Shown here: positions 39,351-52,269 of the stretch, piece after piece
Position numbering within the stretch: position 1 is the stretch's first letter
How the letters are laid out: each line of letters starts with the position of its first letter
Assembly (NCBI RefSeq): GCF_006345805.1
Contig: NC_043008.1
Location: 4,836,001-4,900,000, forward strand
Origin: Octopus sinensis
Lineage: Eukaryota
Reading direction: 5' to 3'
DNA: 64,000 nt
Notes under the pieces: generated by a model
What the model was told of the DNA's origin: nothing
Database searches by the model: none
What the model saw: the letters and a program-made list of their open reading frames with translations, nothing else
Translations under genes and position numbers: made by a program

Positions 39351-39754
39351 AATAATAATGTCTTTATTTTACCACAAAAGCAATTGCATAATGTTTCTGT
39401 GACAGACACTATTGAGGTGTAAACTCACAAATCAATAACATAGATAAAAAGCACCCAATTACATAAAAATAAATCATGTGTGTGTGTGTGTGTGTGTGAC
39501 AGTTACCTTGTATTTCTGGTAAAATAAAATTCATCCATTTCATCCTTTTTACATTTGCTTTTCAATGCTGAAATGGTTCGGTTGATGGTTTCTTAAGACA
39601 ACATTGTATGACCAGATGTCGTCCTTCTTACCACCCCTTAACTGTATGGAATTATTTTATTTCACTGACCATTACAACAGCTGCAGGACATGTTTAAAAG
39701 GGATGTTAATACAACATTACACTTTTGCTCAAACACATGCAAAATCTAAATATT

Positions 39755-39950
39755 CATGCACATGTGTGCAAACACATAATTTATACACAAAGGGCTTCCA
39801 TACAGTTTCCATCAGCAATTTCACTCACAAGGCAGTGGTTGGTTTTAAGGCTACAGAAGATGACACTTATCCAAGGTGCCATGTGGTGGGACAGAGCCCA
39901 AAACCACGATTTCAAAGCAAACTCCATATCCACACAGCCATGACTGTGCT
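39755..39950 (-). mobile_element. SINE family A, degraded 5' half
   Basis: GATGACACTTATCCAAGGTGCCATG...CACACAGCCATG match. Confidence 0.6.
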
Positions 39951-40957
39951 TACACACTTACACACATATATATATATATACATACTGTTACTTATTTAAC
40001 AGAAATTCAGGGTGACTGTGACTTCAAAGTATTTTTTTTTTTCAGTAATGGCTCAGCAGACTCTCACATCACACACGCCCGTATCCATATATACTTTCTT
40101 TCAATTACAGGATTCCATCATCAACCTAGGATCATGATGAGGTTGTCATCTTCAAAAGTTTCAAGGAACCTCAAAACTTCAGTACTTTTTTCAATTAGGT
40201 TGATCAATTTCTATCAAATGACTTAGTTTTACCATTTTACTAAACTGGTTTTAGTAGACCTAAAACCAGACTGGTGCACACAAAGACACACACACACACG
40301 TGTGTGTGTGTGTGTGATTGTATATTCAAATATTTATAAATGGAAGAAGACTGAATTGTCACAAATTGTATTTTCCAGCAGACAATATTTTAGTGTAAGT
40401 ATGTAGTATAAACATTGAAATGGCATCACTATCTTTCCAAATCCTACGGCATTTCACGTGAAATTTTTGGTCCTCCAAAGTGATTTTGGCCTAAAATGTT
40501 TGAAACTGAATTTCACATTTTACTAAATTTCAAGCAATAAAAAAAATCCATCATCTGCTCTTTTATTTTTATATGAAAAAAAAAAGAAAAGAAACATTGA
40601 ATACGAGATGCTCATTAACAATAGAAAAAAGGTTCAAACTTGTTTGAAGCCTGTTCTTGTGTGATCCAAGGCGATTCCATGTTTACTCAGCATTTGGAAA
40701 TATTTAAAAAAAGATGTCAGTTTACGATGACAGAAATATTAATATGAGATGCACGTTATGAAAAGAAAACATCTTGGTTTGTTTGGAGCGACTCTGGCAA
40801 TGAATCGTTTGGAGTCTCAGAGTTTGTCAATCTTTCATTAGTTTCCGTGGAAAGTTTATGTTTGATTACTTTCAACATGTCTGTCGAAGTGCAAGAGGAA
40901 TCTAATGTCTGTGTGTGTGAGCATGTTCTGTTTGACGTGTCGAAGTAGAAGAGGAAG

Positions 40958-40991
<34 letters not shown>

Positions 40992-41429
40992 AAGCGTTTT
41001 TGTGCCTGTATGTGTATGCAGCTAGGGTTTGTTCTTCCCTGCTTCATTTGGGTACGTAAAATTGGTAAATTTCCAAGAGGAAAATGAGATCAACATCGAA
41101 AAAGTCATATTCGTTATTCCATGTGTTTACAGTTGACAAACACGTGTTGTCACGCACAAAATCCTGTTTTCTGACTGGGTAAAAATGATAAAACTTTAAA
41201 CCTCTATCAATACATTTTTTTGGACATTCTTTCATCAGAAGCAGCAAAGTTGTCAAAATCATGAGGTTTTGTTCGTTAATTTCCGTAATTTTCTTTCATT
41301 TCTTTAGTCCTCTTTGCAAGGTGTCAAAAGTAAATAAATAGAAACTAACAAACGAATGACAACTCTGAGACTGAAAACGATTGAAGGAATATTTAGGAGA
41401 GATTCTTAGAAGAAAACATTTTGATTTTT

Positions 41430-41968
41430 GGATTTTTTTTGGTCTCGTACCCACATCTTCAGTGATAATGGACTGAACCATAACTAATCTTCACATCCTC
41501 TGATAACTCACGGATGGTGGTGATTCGACGATTTCCACTCACAGCTGCACGTATATCTGCAATATTTTTCTCAGTTCCATTGGTTGCGGGTCTTTCAGAA
41601 CGTTCGTCACTATCAACATTTTTTTCAGCCATCTTGGAAACGTCTGAACCACTTGTACACCTGAGTGCAGCTCATACAGTCCTCTCCATACACTTTCTGC
41701 AATTTTGTGTAGGACTCTGACCAGGTATTGCTAAGCATTCGGCAAAATTTGATGCAGATTCTCTACTCAACTTTGTCATGGCCAATGCGATGATCACACG
41801 CTACACACGTTCCTTCCAAGCACTACTGCAAACAGCAGAAATGAGCTGCAACATTAAAACTTAGAGTTCAAGGTGAATCTGTGCCAAGTGGCTTCACTCT
41901 GTGTGCTTTAGCTTCATTACTATGGCAACAGTCCAGATACTTATTCATCAGACCACATATATATATAT
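41430..41968 (-). mobile_element. Mariner transposon 5' half (TIR plus HTH region)
   Basis: TIR-like TATGTGGTCTGATGAATAAAGTATCTGGACTG; (EQ)RICIKFC..., QKVYGEDCMSCTQVYKWFRRFQDG, DDERSGRP-like, RRITIRELSEDV. Confidence 0.8.
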
Positions 41969-42251
41969 ATAATAAGACCACTCTACTTTTGCCTAATAAA
42001 TGATCATGACTGCAATAAACACACCTTTCTACTCTACCCCAAGTATTGAGTTCTATATCAGCAGTTTGAACCATTTCAAAAATATAGTGGTGCATGATTT
42101 ATAAATTTTTCATTGTCATGTATGTATAATGTCTGTCTGTTTGTGTAGAAGATGAAAAAGTTGTAAGATCGTCTTTCAGAATTGGATCTCCTATTCATCA
42201 TAAACTGTACAGCCTTAGAAATCCCTACACCAGGGATACTGCAACATCGTC

Positions 42252-43050
42252 TACGAGGGGAGACCCAAAAGAAACCGGAATTTTGTAATATTATTCCATT
42301 CACTTAGCTTTACATGTCTACACTTTTGTTGCCCTCAAAGTATTCTCCTCCATTTGAAGCAATGCATTGGTCCAGATGCATTTTCCACTGTTCAAAGCAG
42401 TCCTGGAACTCTGGCACAAACTGATGCCGTTTAACGCTGCCATCATTTTTTCTTCACTTCTTTCCACATTTTCAAAACGTTTTCCTTTAAGGCCTTTTTT
42501 TCATTCAGAGGAACAAAAAAAAAAGTCACAGGGAGCAAGATCAGGTGAAGGGGGGGGTCCATGCTATTTGGGGCCAAAAACTGTGTCACACTCAAAGCGG
42601 TGTGCGCTCGCGCATTGTCATAATGAAACCACTACTCTCCACTTTACCACAGGTCAGAGCATTTTCGTCTTAAAATGTCTCACAAAAGCTTCAGAACTGC
42701 CAAGTAAAAATGTCTGGTTAACAGTTTGACGAGGAGGAACAAAATCTGTGTGAACAATTTCTTTCGCATCAATAAAACAAATCACCATCGTCTTGACATT
42801 GAATGCTTCCACTGACTTGATTGCTGCTTCGTTTCTGGGTCATAGCTGTAGCACCAATTTTCACCATCTGTGATGACCTTCAGAAAAAGATCCAGATCAA
42901 CTTCCAACTTTTGTTTCAGTTCACGACATAAATTCAGTTGTGACTGCCTTTGACCTTCTGTGAGCAAGCAAGGCACAAATTTTGCCACAACTCTTTTTAT
43001 TCACAATTCCTTGCTCAAAATTCATTGGCAGGAGCTCCAGGACACACTAG
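42252..43050 (-). mobile_element. Mariner transposon 3' half (DDD catalytic region plus TIR)
   Basis: AKFVPCLLT...FLKVITDGENWCYSYDPETKQQSSQW, MKKGLKGKRFENV; terminal TACGAGGGGAGACCCAAAAGAAACCGGAAT. Confidence 0.85.
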
Positions 43051-43689
43051 TCATATTAACAAGTTTCTCAATTGTAATCATTTTAAAACTAAAGTTTCTC
43101 AAATTTTTTTTAATTTGGCACATTAATATACTTTTCCAAGCTGAATTTCTGGAGTTATTTCACTTTCTCCAGAAAAATATTTTAAAAAAGTTATAAAGGT
43201 TTAAATTTCAATCATTTTCACTCTGTCAGGAAACAAAATTTGGAAGCTGCCATTTTGTGCATGGCTGCATAGGTTCTCAACATTCTGAAAATAGCATGAA
43301 ACTGTAAACAAATGAAATTTTGTTTAATGTACAACATATAACCCCTCATAACCAGTCAGCAGACTAATGCCTGAGGGTCGCATCAAATAGCTTTTAGCAG
43401 CAGAAGCCTGAACTACAATGGGCTTGTCCCACAGAAAGTTTCTGGTTACTTTTGGGTACCCCCTCGTAAACCTATCAAATTAGACAGGATATATCAAGAG
43501 AAAACTCGACCCATACAGTATCAAGGTATGATATCATATATATATATATAGTTTATAAATAGAAGACAGAGAAATGTTTCAGATCACCAAGAGGAACCAA
43601 ATCTTGTGTATGCCAGAGAGTACAAACTTTGTACAAGAATACAAACAAGCACAATGAATGCCATATTGAAAGAAGGGTAACAGAGATAT

Positions 43690-43753
<64 letters not shown>

Positions 43754-43774
43754 TGTGTGTGAGCATATTTACTC

Positions 43775-43900
43775 CAAGGGTTTCCATCTCCCAATTTCAC
43801 TCACAAAACATTAGTCAGCTCATGTTTCCAGAAGACACTTGTCTAAGTCACAATGTAATGGGATAGAACCCTAAACCACAGGGTTTTGAAGCAGACTCAT
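43775..43900 (-). mobile_element. SINE family A, degraded
   Basis: CCAATTTCACTCACAAAAC...GAAGACACTTGTCTAAG match. Confidence 0.5.
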
Positions 43901-43978
43901 TTACACAGCCCTGACTGTATTTACACATACACATGCACACACAAAAATATAAATATATATATATACATATGTATGTGT

Positions 43979-44020
<42 letters not shown>

Positions 44021-44059
44021 GTGATATATATATGTATGTGTATAGCTGGAAATTCCTAC

Positions 44060-44620
44060 AGGACAGCTTGCTGAGTGCCACAGACCAAGTCTGTTGATCG
44101 TGCAAAGTCCCTTCCAGACCTAGAGTTACATGGTGGTGGAATAGTACAGTAGACAAAGACATTAGTGCAAAGAAACAGGCCTGGAAGGATGGGGGTAGCA
44201 GGGAACTGTACCAGGTAGCCAAAAGGGAGGCTGGGCGGCAGGTATACATAGCCAAAGATGTAGCAGAAAAGAAGTTTGCCAATGTCCAGCAACGTGAGGA
44301 CCAAAGAACTGAGGTATTTCGGATTTCTAGACAGTGTGTGAGAGAAAATAGTGATGTTACAGGAGAGAAATGTGTCCGCATGGATGATGGGGCACTTGCT
44401 TTTAATGTTGGTGAAAAGAAAGAGGCTTGGAGAAGCTATTATGAAAGACTGCTGAATGTGGAGAATGAATGGGAGGAGGAGAGCCCTCCAAATGTTGACC
44501 CAGTAGAGAGACCAGCTATCCGAATAGACAGCTCCCTTATAGTTAAGGCAATTAAGGGTATGAAGCCAGGTAAAACCCCGGCCCATCAGGAATCACTGCT
44601 GAGATGCTTAAAACAGCAAG
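44060..44620 (+). mobile_element. RTE LINE internal fragment (APE-RT linker)
   Basis: TWWWNSTVDKDISAKKQAWK...KEAWRSYYERLLNVENEW...KAIKGMKPGK. Confidence 0.85.
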
Positions 44621-44887
44621 ATACACTCATAAGCTAGATAAAATAGATATAAGGGGGGAAAACACGTACGATATATGAAAAAATATTGATATATAAAATA
44701 TACATAGAACATACGATATGGAGTATATAAATATATATATATATATATATAATGAGCAAACTATAAAAATATACAATAAATAAAATTAGTGAGAAAAGGG
44801 TGATATACAGTAAATATATAATTACACACATATTGATGGGTTTTGTTTTTCATCCCGCTGGGTGTCCAATAAACACCCTCCTCACCA

Positions 44888-44990
44888 AGCAAGCTTGATG
44901 GGGTTGCCAGTTTAGTCGCCGACGGCCCAACCATGCGACAGGTTGTACTGGGTTACATGTCACCAGTAGCACTCGAAAGTGACCTGACAG
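44888..44990 (-). mobile_element. RTE LINE extreme 3' tail
   Basis: GCTTGATGGGG tail resembles the 3' end of the RTE at 37966. Confidence 0.4.
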
Positions 44991-45884
44991 TATGAATGAG
45001 TAAATGTTTCTCCATTATTCAACTTGTTGTTGTCAGCTCATTATAAACAGGCAGTTTTTCTCAGCTCTATTAGATCAACTTCAACATTTCTAGCTGGGAG
45101 AATATAGTACGTTGGTTTTAATAAATAGACGGAAAAGTATTGGGTGCATATTTTGCGCGCGCGCGCGTGTGCATGTCTGTGGGTGTCCTTTGCCGATGTA
45201 AATTGTGGAAAAAGAAGAAGTAACTGACAATCTACAAGTAGAATTCTCTATAATATTTGTTTTGTGTCAGACACTCGTCTGCCACTCTAGTTGTCAGAAA
45301 TGCAATGAATCAGTGATTAGCTCGTCCAACGATGCCATTCACAAATTGCGAGCCTGAGAGTCTAAGGGAGATAACTCCCAGTCGCCAAATCAGCTGCAGT
45401 CAATTGTTTTGTACTTGTCATAACATAATCCTTGGTCCGCCAACATCTTCGATTCAATTTTCCCCTTCTAGTGTACTTCAACTCGATATAAATAGGGTCA
45501 GATTGTTCCCTGCCAGACTGGCTCTCTCAATAATATCTTATAAGATGCCAGTGTACTTGCATTACATGATAAACATAGCTCGACATAACGGTGCCATAAA
45601 ATATATCTGGGGTTGTCATTGTGGTCAGCGGTCAATAGACAGAAGGTCTCATAGAGATTATACACGTAACATATTGGATATGAACTATTTGGCGATGCTT
45701 CGGTATAGGTACACACGTGACTTTGTTTACATTTCTGAAGATAACGGAAACCCTTTTCTCCCACCCCTAACCTCCCATATATATAAAAAAAAAAAACCAC
45801 TTTCTTAAAATGTATCCGGTACTTACAGTGATACATATACCGAAGTTACGCCGAACTATTTTGATGAGCTTTTATCTTTTTCTT

Positions 45885-46075
45885 TCACTTGTTTGCCCTT
45901 GGACTGCGGCCATACTGGAGCACAGCCATGAAGAGTTTTAGCTAAACAAACCAACCCTAATGCCTAAGTTTTCTATTTATTCTGTTGATCTCTTCCTTCT
46001 TCCCAACCGCTTCGTTACGGGAACGAAAACAAATGAAAACCAGTCGTGAAGCGATGATGAGGAACACACACACAC
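45885..46075 (-). mobile_element. SINE family A 3' half
   Basis: GGACTGCGGCCATACTGGAGCAC...CCAACCGCTTCGTTACGGGAACG match. Confidence 0.6.
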
Positions 46076-47324
46076 ACACATTTGACTTTAATATAAACAG
46101 CAGTTTGCAATGTTACACCAAAAAGGAGAATTGCAAATGTCACTGAATGTGACTTGGGTGTTAGGAAACATCTACTTTGCTAGAAATGTGAACTAAACCA
46201 CTCTAATGCTGTAGTTAATGCACATGAATGAAAGCATTTACACCAACAGTGACCATAATAGCCCAAAAAGTGAGAGGTTTTCATACACCTCCTGTCTACC
46301 AAATTCCCTGGCAAAACCTGACTGGTTGGCCTGGGGTTAAAATAGCAGGCCCTTGCCCAAAGTGCCACACAGTCGGACTGAACTTGAAACTGAATTCTTT
46401 TTCTCTCTCTTTTTACAATTAAGAACCATTTTATTTTTCCCCTTTCAGTCTCCAAACTGCTAAAAATTAGGCAAAGCTTCCCAATACAGCATCTTCAAAT
46501 CATTTCAATTAATTTCAGTTTTGGTGGTGCTGGCAGCGATGCAGTGATTCTTTGTCTTTTTTTTTTTTTAGGCATCAGAATTAGTCATTTAAAGATTTCT
46601 CTCATCATTAAGGTTACAAGTTTAATTAATAAAATTTTCTTGATTTACTTACATCAAATATACTCGTATCCTACTTTGCTATTAGGTTCCATGCAGTTTA
46701 ACAAGGCTGAGTGGCCAATTGCCACAAGTCAGTTGAATCACTTCAGAAATGACTACATAAAAACCTTAATAAATTCATTTGCATGGGTCGTATTTGACTA
46801 TAGCAATAAATTGTTGTTGCTTAATACCTTATAATGCATACAGTCCAAGACTTGTATGAAATGTCAGATGTATCATTGTAAGATTAAAGTGTCATATTTA
46901 ATAAGATTATTGAAACAATGGCGTATCATCAAATGTATTGGAGTCAAGTTTCCATGTAAAGGGTAGCTCACTCTAAATGTAACAACACCTTACCACAACT
47001 GCTAGAAATAGTAGTCAAATCTCTCTCAAACCACTCTCAGCTATCTTAAGAGAGGACGTGCTTAGTGTAGTCCCTGTTTTTAAGTACATAGAAAAAAAAA
47101 AGGAATGGCCATAGGTGGAATGGTTTGATCTTAGGCTTGCTCAGTCAAGCTTTACCTGAAGCTCCACGACAGTAACTTAACAGTTTTAAACTCTGTTCTG
47201 GCATTTGCATTTAATCACTTTCTGGCCTCAACCTGAGAAGACCCTGGCTCAAAGCACAATACTGAAATTGAACCTCAGAGTGTCATATCCAAATGAGCTA
47301 ATTCTAAATATGATTTTTTAAGTG

Positions 47325-47545
47325 AAGACGGGTGGTTTAGTGGTTACTGGGTGTTGGACTCATGATTGTAAGATTATGGTTTCAATTCCTGGTTCAGACA
47401 ACACATTGTGCTCTTGAGTGAAACACTTCACTTCCCGTTGCTCTGGTCCAATCAGCTGGCAAAAGAATGAGGAATCGTGTGACGGACCGGCCTCCCGTCC
47501 ACATGAGGAATATACACACCACGGAAACTGGGAAACCAGCCCCAG
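47325..47545 (+). mobile_element. Degraded tRNA-derived SINE (family B-like)
   Basis: GGTGGTTTAGTGG...GGTTTCAATTCCTGG head, then TTGAGTGAAACACTTCACTTCCCGTTGCTC. Confidence 0.55.
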
Positions 47546-48094
47546 GCGTTTATATGATATGGGAAGGATCGTTATATATTTTCAAAGCCTAATCAATGTA
47601 CAATGTTATGTATTTGCTTAGTGATTCCCTTCTTGTCACAGAGACATTCTAGTTTTAGTATGCAGTAAATTTTGTCATATGCAATACCAATAGAAAAGTC
47701 TTCTCTGCAGTACAGTAGCTCATCTTTTTTTATGCCCAGTGACCCAGCCACTACACATCACGGTCAACAGGAAAAGCAACATAGGTGCTCAATCTGCTAG
47801 ACCCAAATCTCTCTCAGAATATACCTGGTCATAGTGAAGGAGAAAAATAGAGAGGTACACCATTTCTATTTAGAATATGTGAACTTAGTTTTAAATTAAG
47901 GATACAGGTTACTGGGGAGTTGTAGCTTAACTCTGATTCTTATTTCATCCAATTTATTGGTTTGTCAGATAAATTTGTTCGTTTCTTCCCAGTGGTATTT
48001 CACTGCACAAGGAAAATATTTTTATCAAAGTATCTTTGTAGCACCATTAGTTTATCGTTTTTGGAATTTGAATGAATTTTGTCTCTTTTCAGAC

Positions 48095-49292
48095 ATATGA
48101 CGATGGGATGCCAAGTAGAAAAAAAGAACGTTTCTGACAAGAAATTTGTGCTGTATACAGAGAAGGTCAAGGATGGGAAATTCAGCCTCACAGACTGACC
48201 TGTTTAGTTCATTAAGGATCAATTGAAGAAGCTCATCCATGAGGACCCACACCATTCTCCTAAGGAATTGACCCTGTGGATAGAATATTCTCTTCATACC
48301 ATTTCCCATCACCTTCACTCATTAGATTAGGTCCTAAAAGTCAGTGCATGGGTTCCACATGCTCTGAAAGAAAGGGAACTCCAGTATTCTTCTATTGAAG
48401 CAGAGGAATGAATGTCCCAACAAGTAAGCAAAGCCTTGAGCCAAACTAAAGCTGCATGCAAAACAATGATCTACATTTGGTGAGAGGTGGTTTGATCTTG
48501 CTGCTTTCATGGTTATCCATGACTCTCACCATCTAATTTCCTTATTATGAATTTGAATCGAGAGCTTGAGTCATAGTGAATCTTTCATCAGCTGATTACA
48601 CGACCATGGATGCGTTGTAGTTACTCTGTGGATAGAAATGGCTGATCCTGACCGTTGACCTTCTCATATTCCTCCATTCAGCATCAATGTAAGAAGTATT
48701 GTTGGCTCAGTTGAGCTCTTCCACCACCTTTTCAAAATCCACCAAATTCCAGTCCCATGACTTCACCAAATTCCTGGTGGAGCGGCTGAATGAGTGCTAT
48801 ATCTTGTCAAAGAGCAACCTGTAGCTAATGAAAGCAACCACACAGTGTAGAGTTTTATAATAAGCAAGTACCACAGTCCACCAAGGCCATCTGGCTGAGG
48901 TGACTGCACGGATGGAAGAGCGTACTTCCTCAACACCACAGTGCTCACCCCCCTCCCATGTTATTAATTTCACCAAAAATGCTATACAAGGGCTCTGTTG
49001 GGAAGTTCTACAGTGTTCAACATATTCTACAGGTAGAATGGCTTCAGAGTATGATCTTTATTGGTCACTCTTCAATAGTTTGCAAGGTTTTCAATGAAGT
49101 GGAGCTGAAAATATGGTCCCATAAATCCTTCAAATCAAGACTTAGAAATTTCTATCATCAAGGCATTGACAAACTAGTTGAAATCATGAACAATGAAGGA
49201 GAATATATTATTGACTAATTTGTTAAAACTGCTAATGAAACTTAAGGATTAAAATAAATGGGGAAAAAAATAATTTATCTGGCAACTTAATA
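48095..49292 (+). mobile_element. Decayed mariner transposon with a ~460 bp nested insertion (about 48490-48950, possibly RTE RT)
   Basis: MGCQVEKK.., HSLD..KVSAWVPHAL, PHVINFTKNAIQGLCWEVL..., FYHQGIDKLVE..NNEGEYIID*. Confidence 0.75.
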
Positions 49293-49754
49293 TTACAAAA
49301 TTATTGTGATAAGAGAAGTAGTGCACGAACGTTAACAGACTGGTGAGACTTGACCCATTAGCATGTAAGCTGGCCATATCCAGCCCAAATAATCTGTCTT
49401 GTGTTTAAACCAGCTAGTTCCTACCTCATACATTTTTCCTACAAAGTCATTCTAAAAAACAATCACATCATCAATATCTCAAAGTTAAAAGAAAATGCAT
49501 GATGAATTGAAAATAATGTGAATTAATAAGTATTACATTTGACATCTGCACGCTAAAGGGTTAAACCACCTCAATGCCCAGCTTTAAAATCTTCGGGGGG
49601 GGGGGAGGAACTGGGGTCGAATTTGAACACTTGCAACAGAATTAAAGATACCCAACGATGGAGTTAAATTCAGCAGTGTATACCTGAAGCCTTTAAATCT
49701 AACCATCTTTGAACAAGGTTAATCTGAGGATCAACAAACTACACATCACTCATC

Positions 49755-49895
49755 TTATGCAATCTTCCATCAAAAGATGACCTACTGAACTCTTACCACC
49801 TCGCTTTCCGGCACTGGAACTACAAACACCCACAGCCCTAATTAGATCATTTAAGTAACAGAAACAGACAACCACTTGCAGCAAGCCATCTGAGA

Positions 49896-49900
<5 letters not shown>
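49755..49900 (-). mobile_element. Degraded RTE RT fragment
   Basis: LQVVVCFCYLNDLIRAVGVCS resembles the RTE FCYLGD..S.GGGC motif. Confidence 0.4.
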
Positions 49901-49924
<24 letters not shown>

Positions 49925-49929
<5 letters not shown>

Positions 49930-50176
49930 GAGGACATCATGAAACGTGTACAGCAAGAAAGATACAAAGCACGAGTCCATGGAACACGAACTATTCTTTC
50001 GAACAACGAAAGACACAAATGGAAAACAAAACATTTCACTGTCCTGTTTGTGTTACCAATTTTGACCCTCCGCAAAATCCCAAATTTGATTTTATTTACT
50101 TTGCAGGAGCTACTATTTATCGAAAGCATATATTGTTGTTAAATGCTCGAAATACGAGACTAGAGAAACAGTCGAC
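49925..50176. mobile_element. Interspersed repeat copy 2 (see 20765-21035), second half inverted
   Basis: 50043-50176 is the reverse complement of 20897-21035, while 49925-50030 is co-oriented with 20770-20870. Confidence 0.65.
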
Positions 50177-50474
50177 AACTAATTTACCCATTGACCTGTC
50201 GGTTCGGTACAGCCTGTAATTCAAAATATATTTTTATAATGTTTACTTTTATGAAACCTCCTTATTTAATCGTTCAATGCACCAGCTTCTCCGCTGAAAC
50301 ATTAAAAAACCTAATGTGTAAAATGAGATGTAATTAAAAAAAAATACAAGTCACATCTTTTTTGCTTTTGATGAGGCGAATTGATCGATTATATCTTCAA
50401 AATCAGCTTCGTTTGTCTTAACATTTTAATTAGAATATACAATCTGTAAATGGAATTAACTGTTTATATATCTA

Positions 50475-50660
50475 AGGTCAATTAAGACGATTGCCACGAA
50501 AAACAAGGAGGTAGGGAAAGGGAATCGCCGAGGTTCCGTTCCAGTCCCTCCGTTTTCCGCGGAAACAAGGCAATTCCGACACCTTACGAGGTCAACTAAG
50601 ACCACTGCAAATGTCTCTCTCAAACAAGAGAGAGACATTTTAGGGATCGCAAACAAGGCA
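50475..50660. promoter_or_regulatory. Putative cis-regulatory motif cluster
   Basis: AGGTCAA(T/C)TAAGAC at 50475 and 50589; AAACAAG at 50501, 50563, 50622 and 50651; 13 bp stem hairpin 50609-50640. Confidence 0.35.
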
Positions 50661-51399
50661 GAATTATTTTAGAGAAAAATACAAAATATGTAATCTCTGT
50701 ATGACAAGTCTGGCTGCCTACACGTTGGCATATGTCAGGTACATACAATTGACAACACAGTTAATTAAGATTTATTCGGTGAGTTCTATTCAACACATGT
50801 TTACACGTGGAATTAGCAGAATCCTTATTAACTTTAGATGGCTGGCAGGTGAGGTGAACAAATTAGGGAGAGAGAGATAGACTGGCAATACTTCTACCAG
50901 CAAATTAAAGACGGGGTCGAAATGAAACAGGGAATGATCTTTGCAATGCCTTTCAAGTAGACGGCAATAGACCAGCGCGAATTTACAAAGATGCAACTCT
51001 TCGTGGAACAATGAAGCCAAAAGAGCGACCAAACCTTGTCAAAAATGCTGCTTTGCAAGAAAGAATGGTCAATGCTATTCGTGAAAGACAACTTGGTAGA
51101 AACAACACCAAACTCGTGTTCGGCCTCAAAGAGTTGACTGTCGTGGAGGAAACAGTCGTGTAATAAATTTTGTGTTTATTTTTGTTTCATAATATATATT
51201 TTTGGGGGATGCAGCCAGACTTTTCACACATGGAGCCAAGGAACAAGGTTAAACAGTTTAGGAGTCAGAATAAACAAGAAAGAATTATTTTAGATAATAG
51301 GACGAAATATGTATATATATATATATATAAGGTTATTTTCGAGTGTAATCAAACGGCCATTGTGACGTCCTCTACCCATATATATCTTTATATACATAC

Positions 51400-51433
<34 letters not shown>

Positions 51434-52001
51434 GGGTTTTCCGAAAATCCGCCCAGGGCTGTTAAACGGAAAATTCTATTTTGTGGGGCTTAAATAACCG
51501 CCCAGGGCGATAACATGGAAGTAAAATATTTAAGCTAAGAAAAACAGATATTCCCAAAAACTATATTTATTTTATAGAACTTCTATCGTTTCGGTTATCA
51601 AATACACAAACACGAAGAAACTGAAACAGCCTTAAAAGAAGTAACATCTTAAAAAATATTCTGAAGTTAACAATGGCTCTATTAGGAAATATTGAAAATT
51701 AAACTATTGAAAATATGAATAGAAACGTCGTATGAAAAAATAATGTCCTTGGGCATTTATGGTAGAATAATAAGCGAAAGTTAAATATCCCGAATTTCTT
51801 CATTTGTCAGATCAGAGAAAACTTCACTTACTTGGAAATCCTCTTCGGATCTTTTCAATCTCACCGACAGATTTTCTAATTAATTTTTCTTAACTAAACA
51901 CTTTCAAACTTCCTATACTTGCAGAATGTGTCACATAGAACAGTTTTTACTTTTAGTGTTGTTGACAAAATTTTGTATTTTAGAAGTTATTTCGTGTTAA
52001 A

Positions 52002-52268
52002 GATGACGTATTTGGCTAATTTCAACCAATCAATGATGACGTATTTGGCTAATTTCAACCAATCAATGATGACGTATTTGGCTAATTTCAACCAATCAAT
52101 GATGACGTATTTGGCTAATTTCAACCAATTAATGATGACGTATTTGGCTAATTTCAACCAATTAATGATGACGTATTTGGCTAATTTCAACCAATCAATG
52201 ATGACGTATTTGGCTAATTTCAACCAATTAATGATGACGTATTTGGCTAATTTCAACCAATCAATGAC
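52002..52268. repeat. Minisatellite, 8 x 33 bp (GATGACGTATTTGGCTAATTTCAACCAAT(C/T)AAT)
   Basis: Eight near-perfect tandem units differing only at one C/T position. Confidence 0.97.
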
Positions 52269-52269
52269 A

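Noticed and set aside
45332-45808. 158 aa plus-strand ORF in a CpG-richer tract
   Set aside because: No recognisable domain or splice structure; more likely UTR or regulatory sequence.
50905-51152. 82-codon open frame (…MKPKERPNLVKNAALQERM…) and overlapping minus-strand ORFs
   Set aside because: No homology recognised, poor acceptor, and both strands open by chance; left unannotated.
52002-52268. 33 bp repeat array as CRISPR, or as a repeat protein (MMTYLANFNQS)n
   Set aside because: No unique spacers, eukaryotic context and no cas genes; the ORF is incidental to a stop-free repeat unit.
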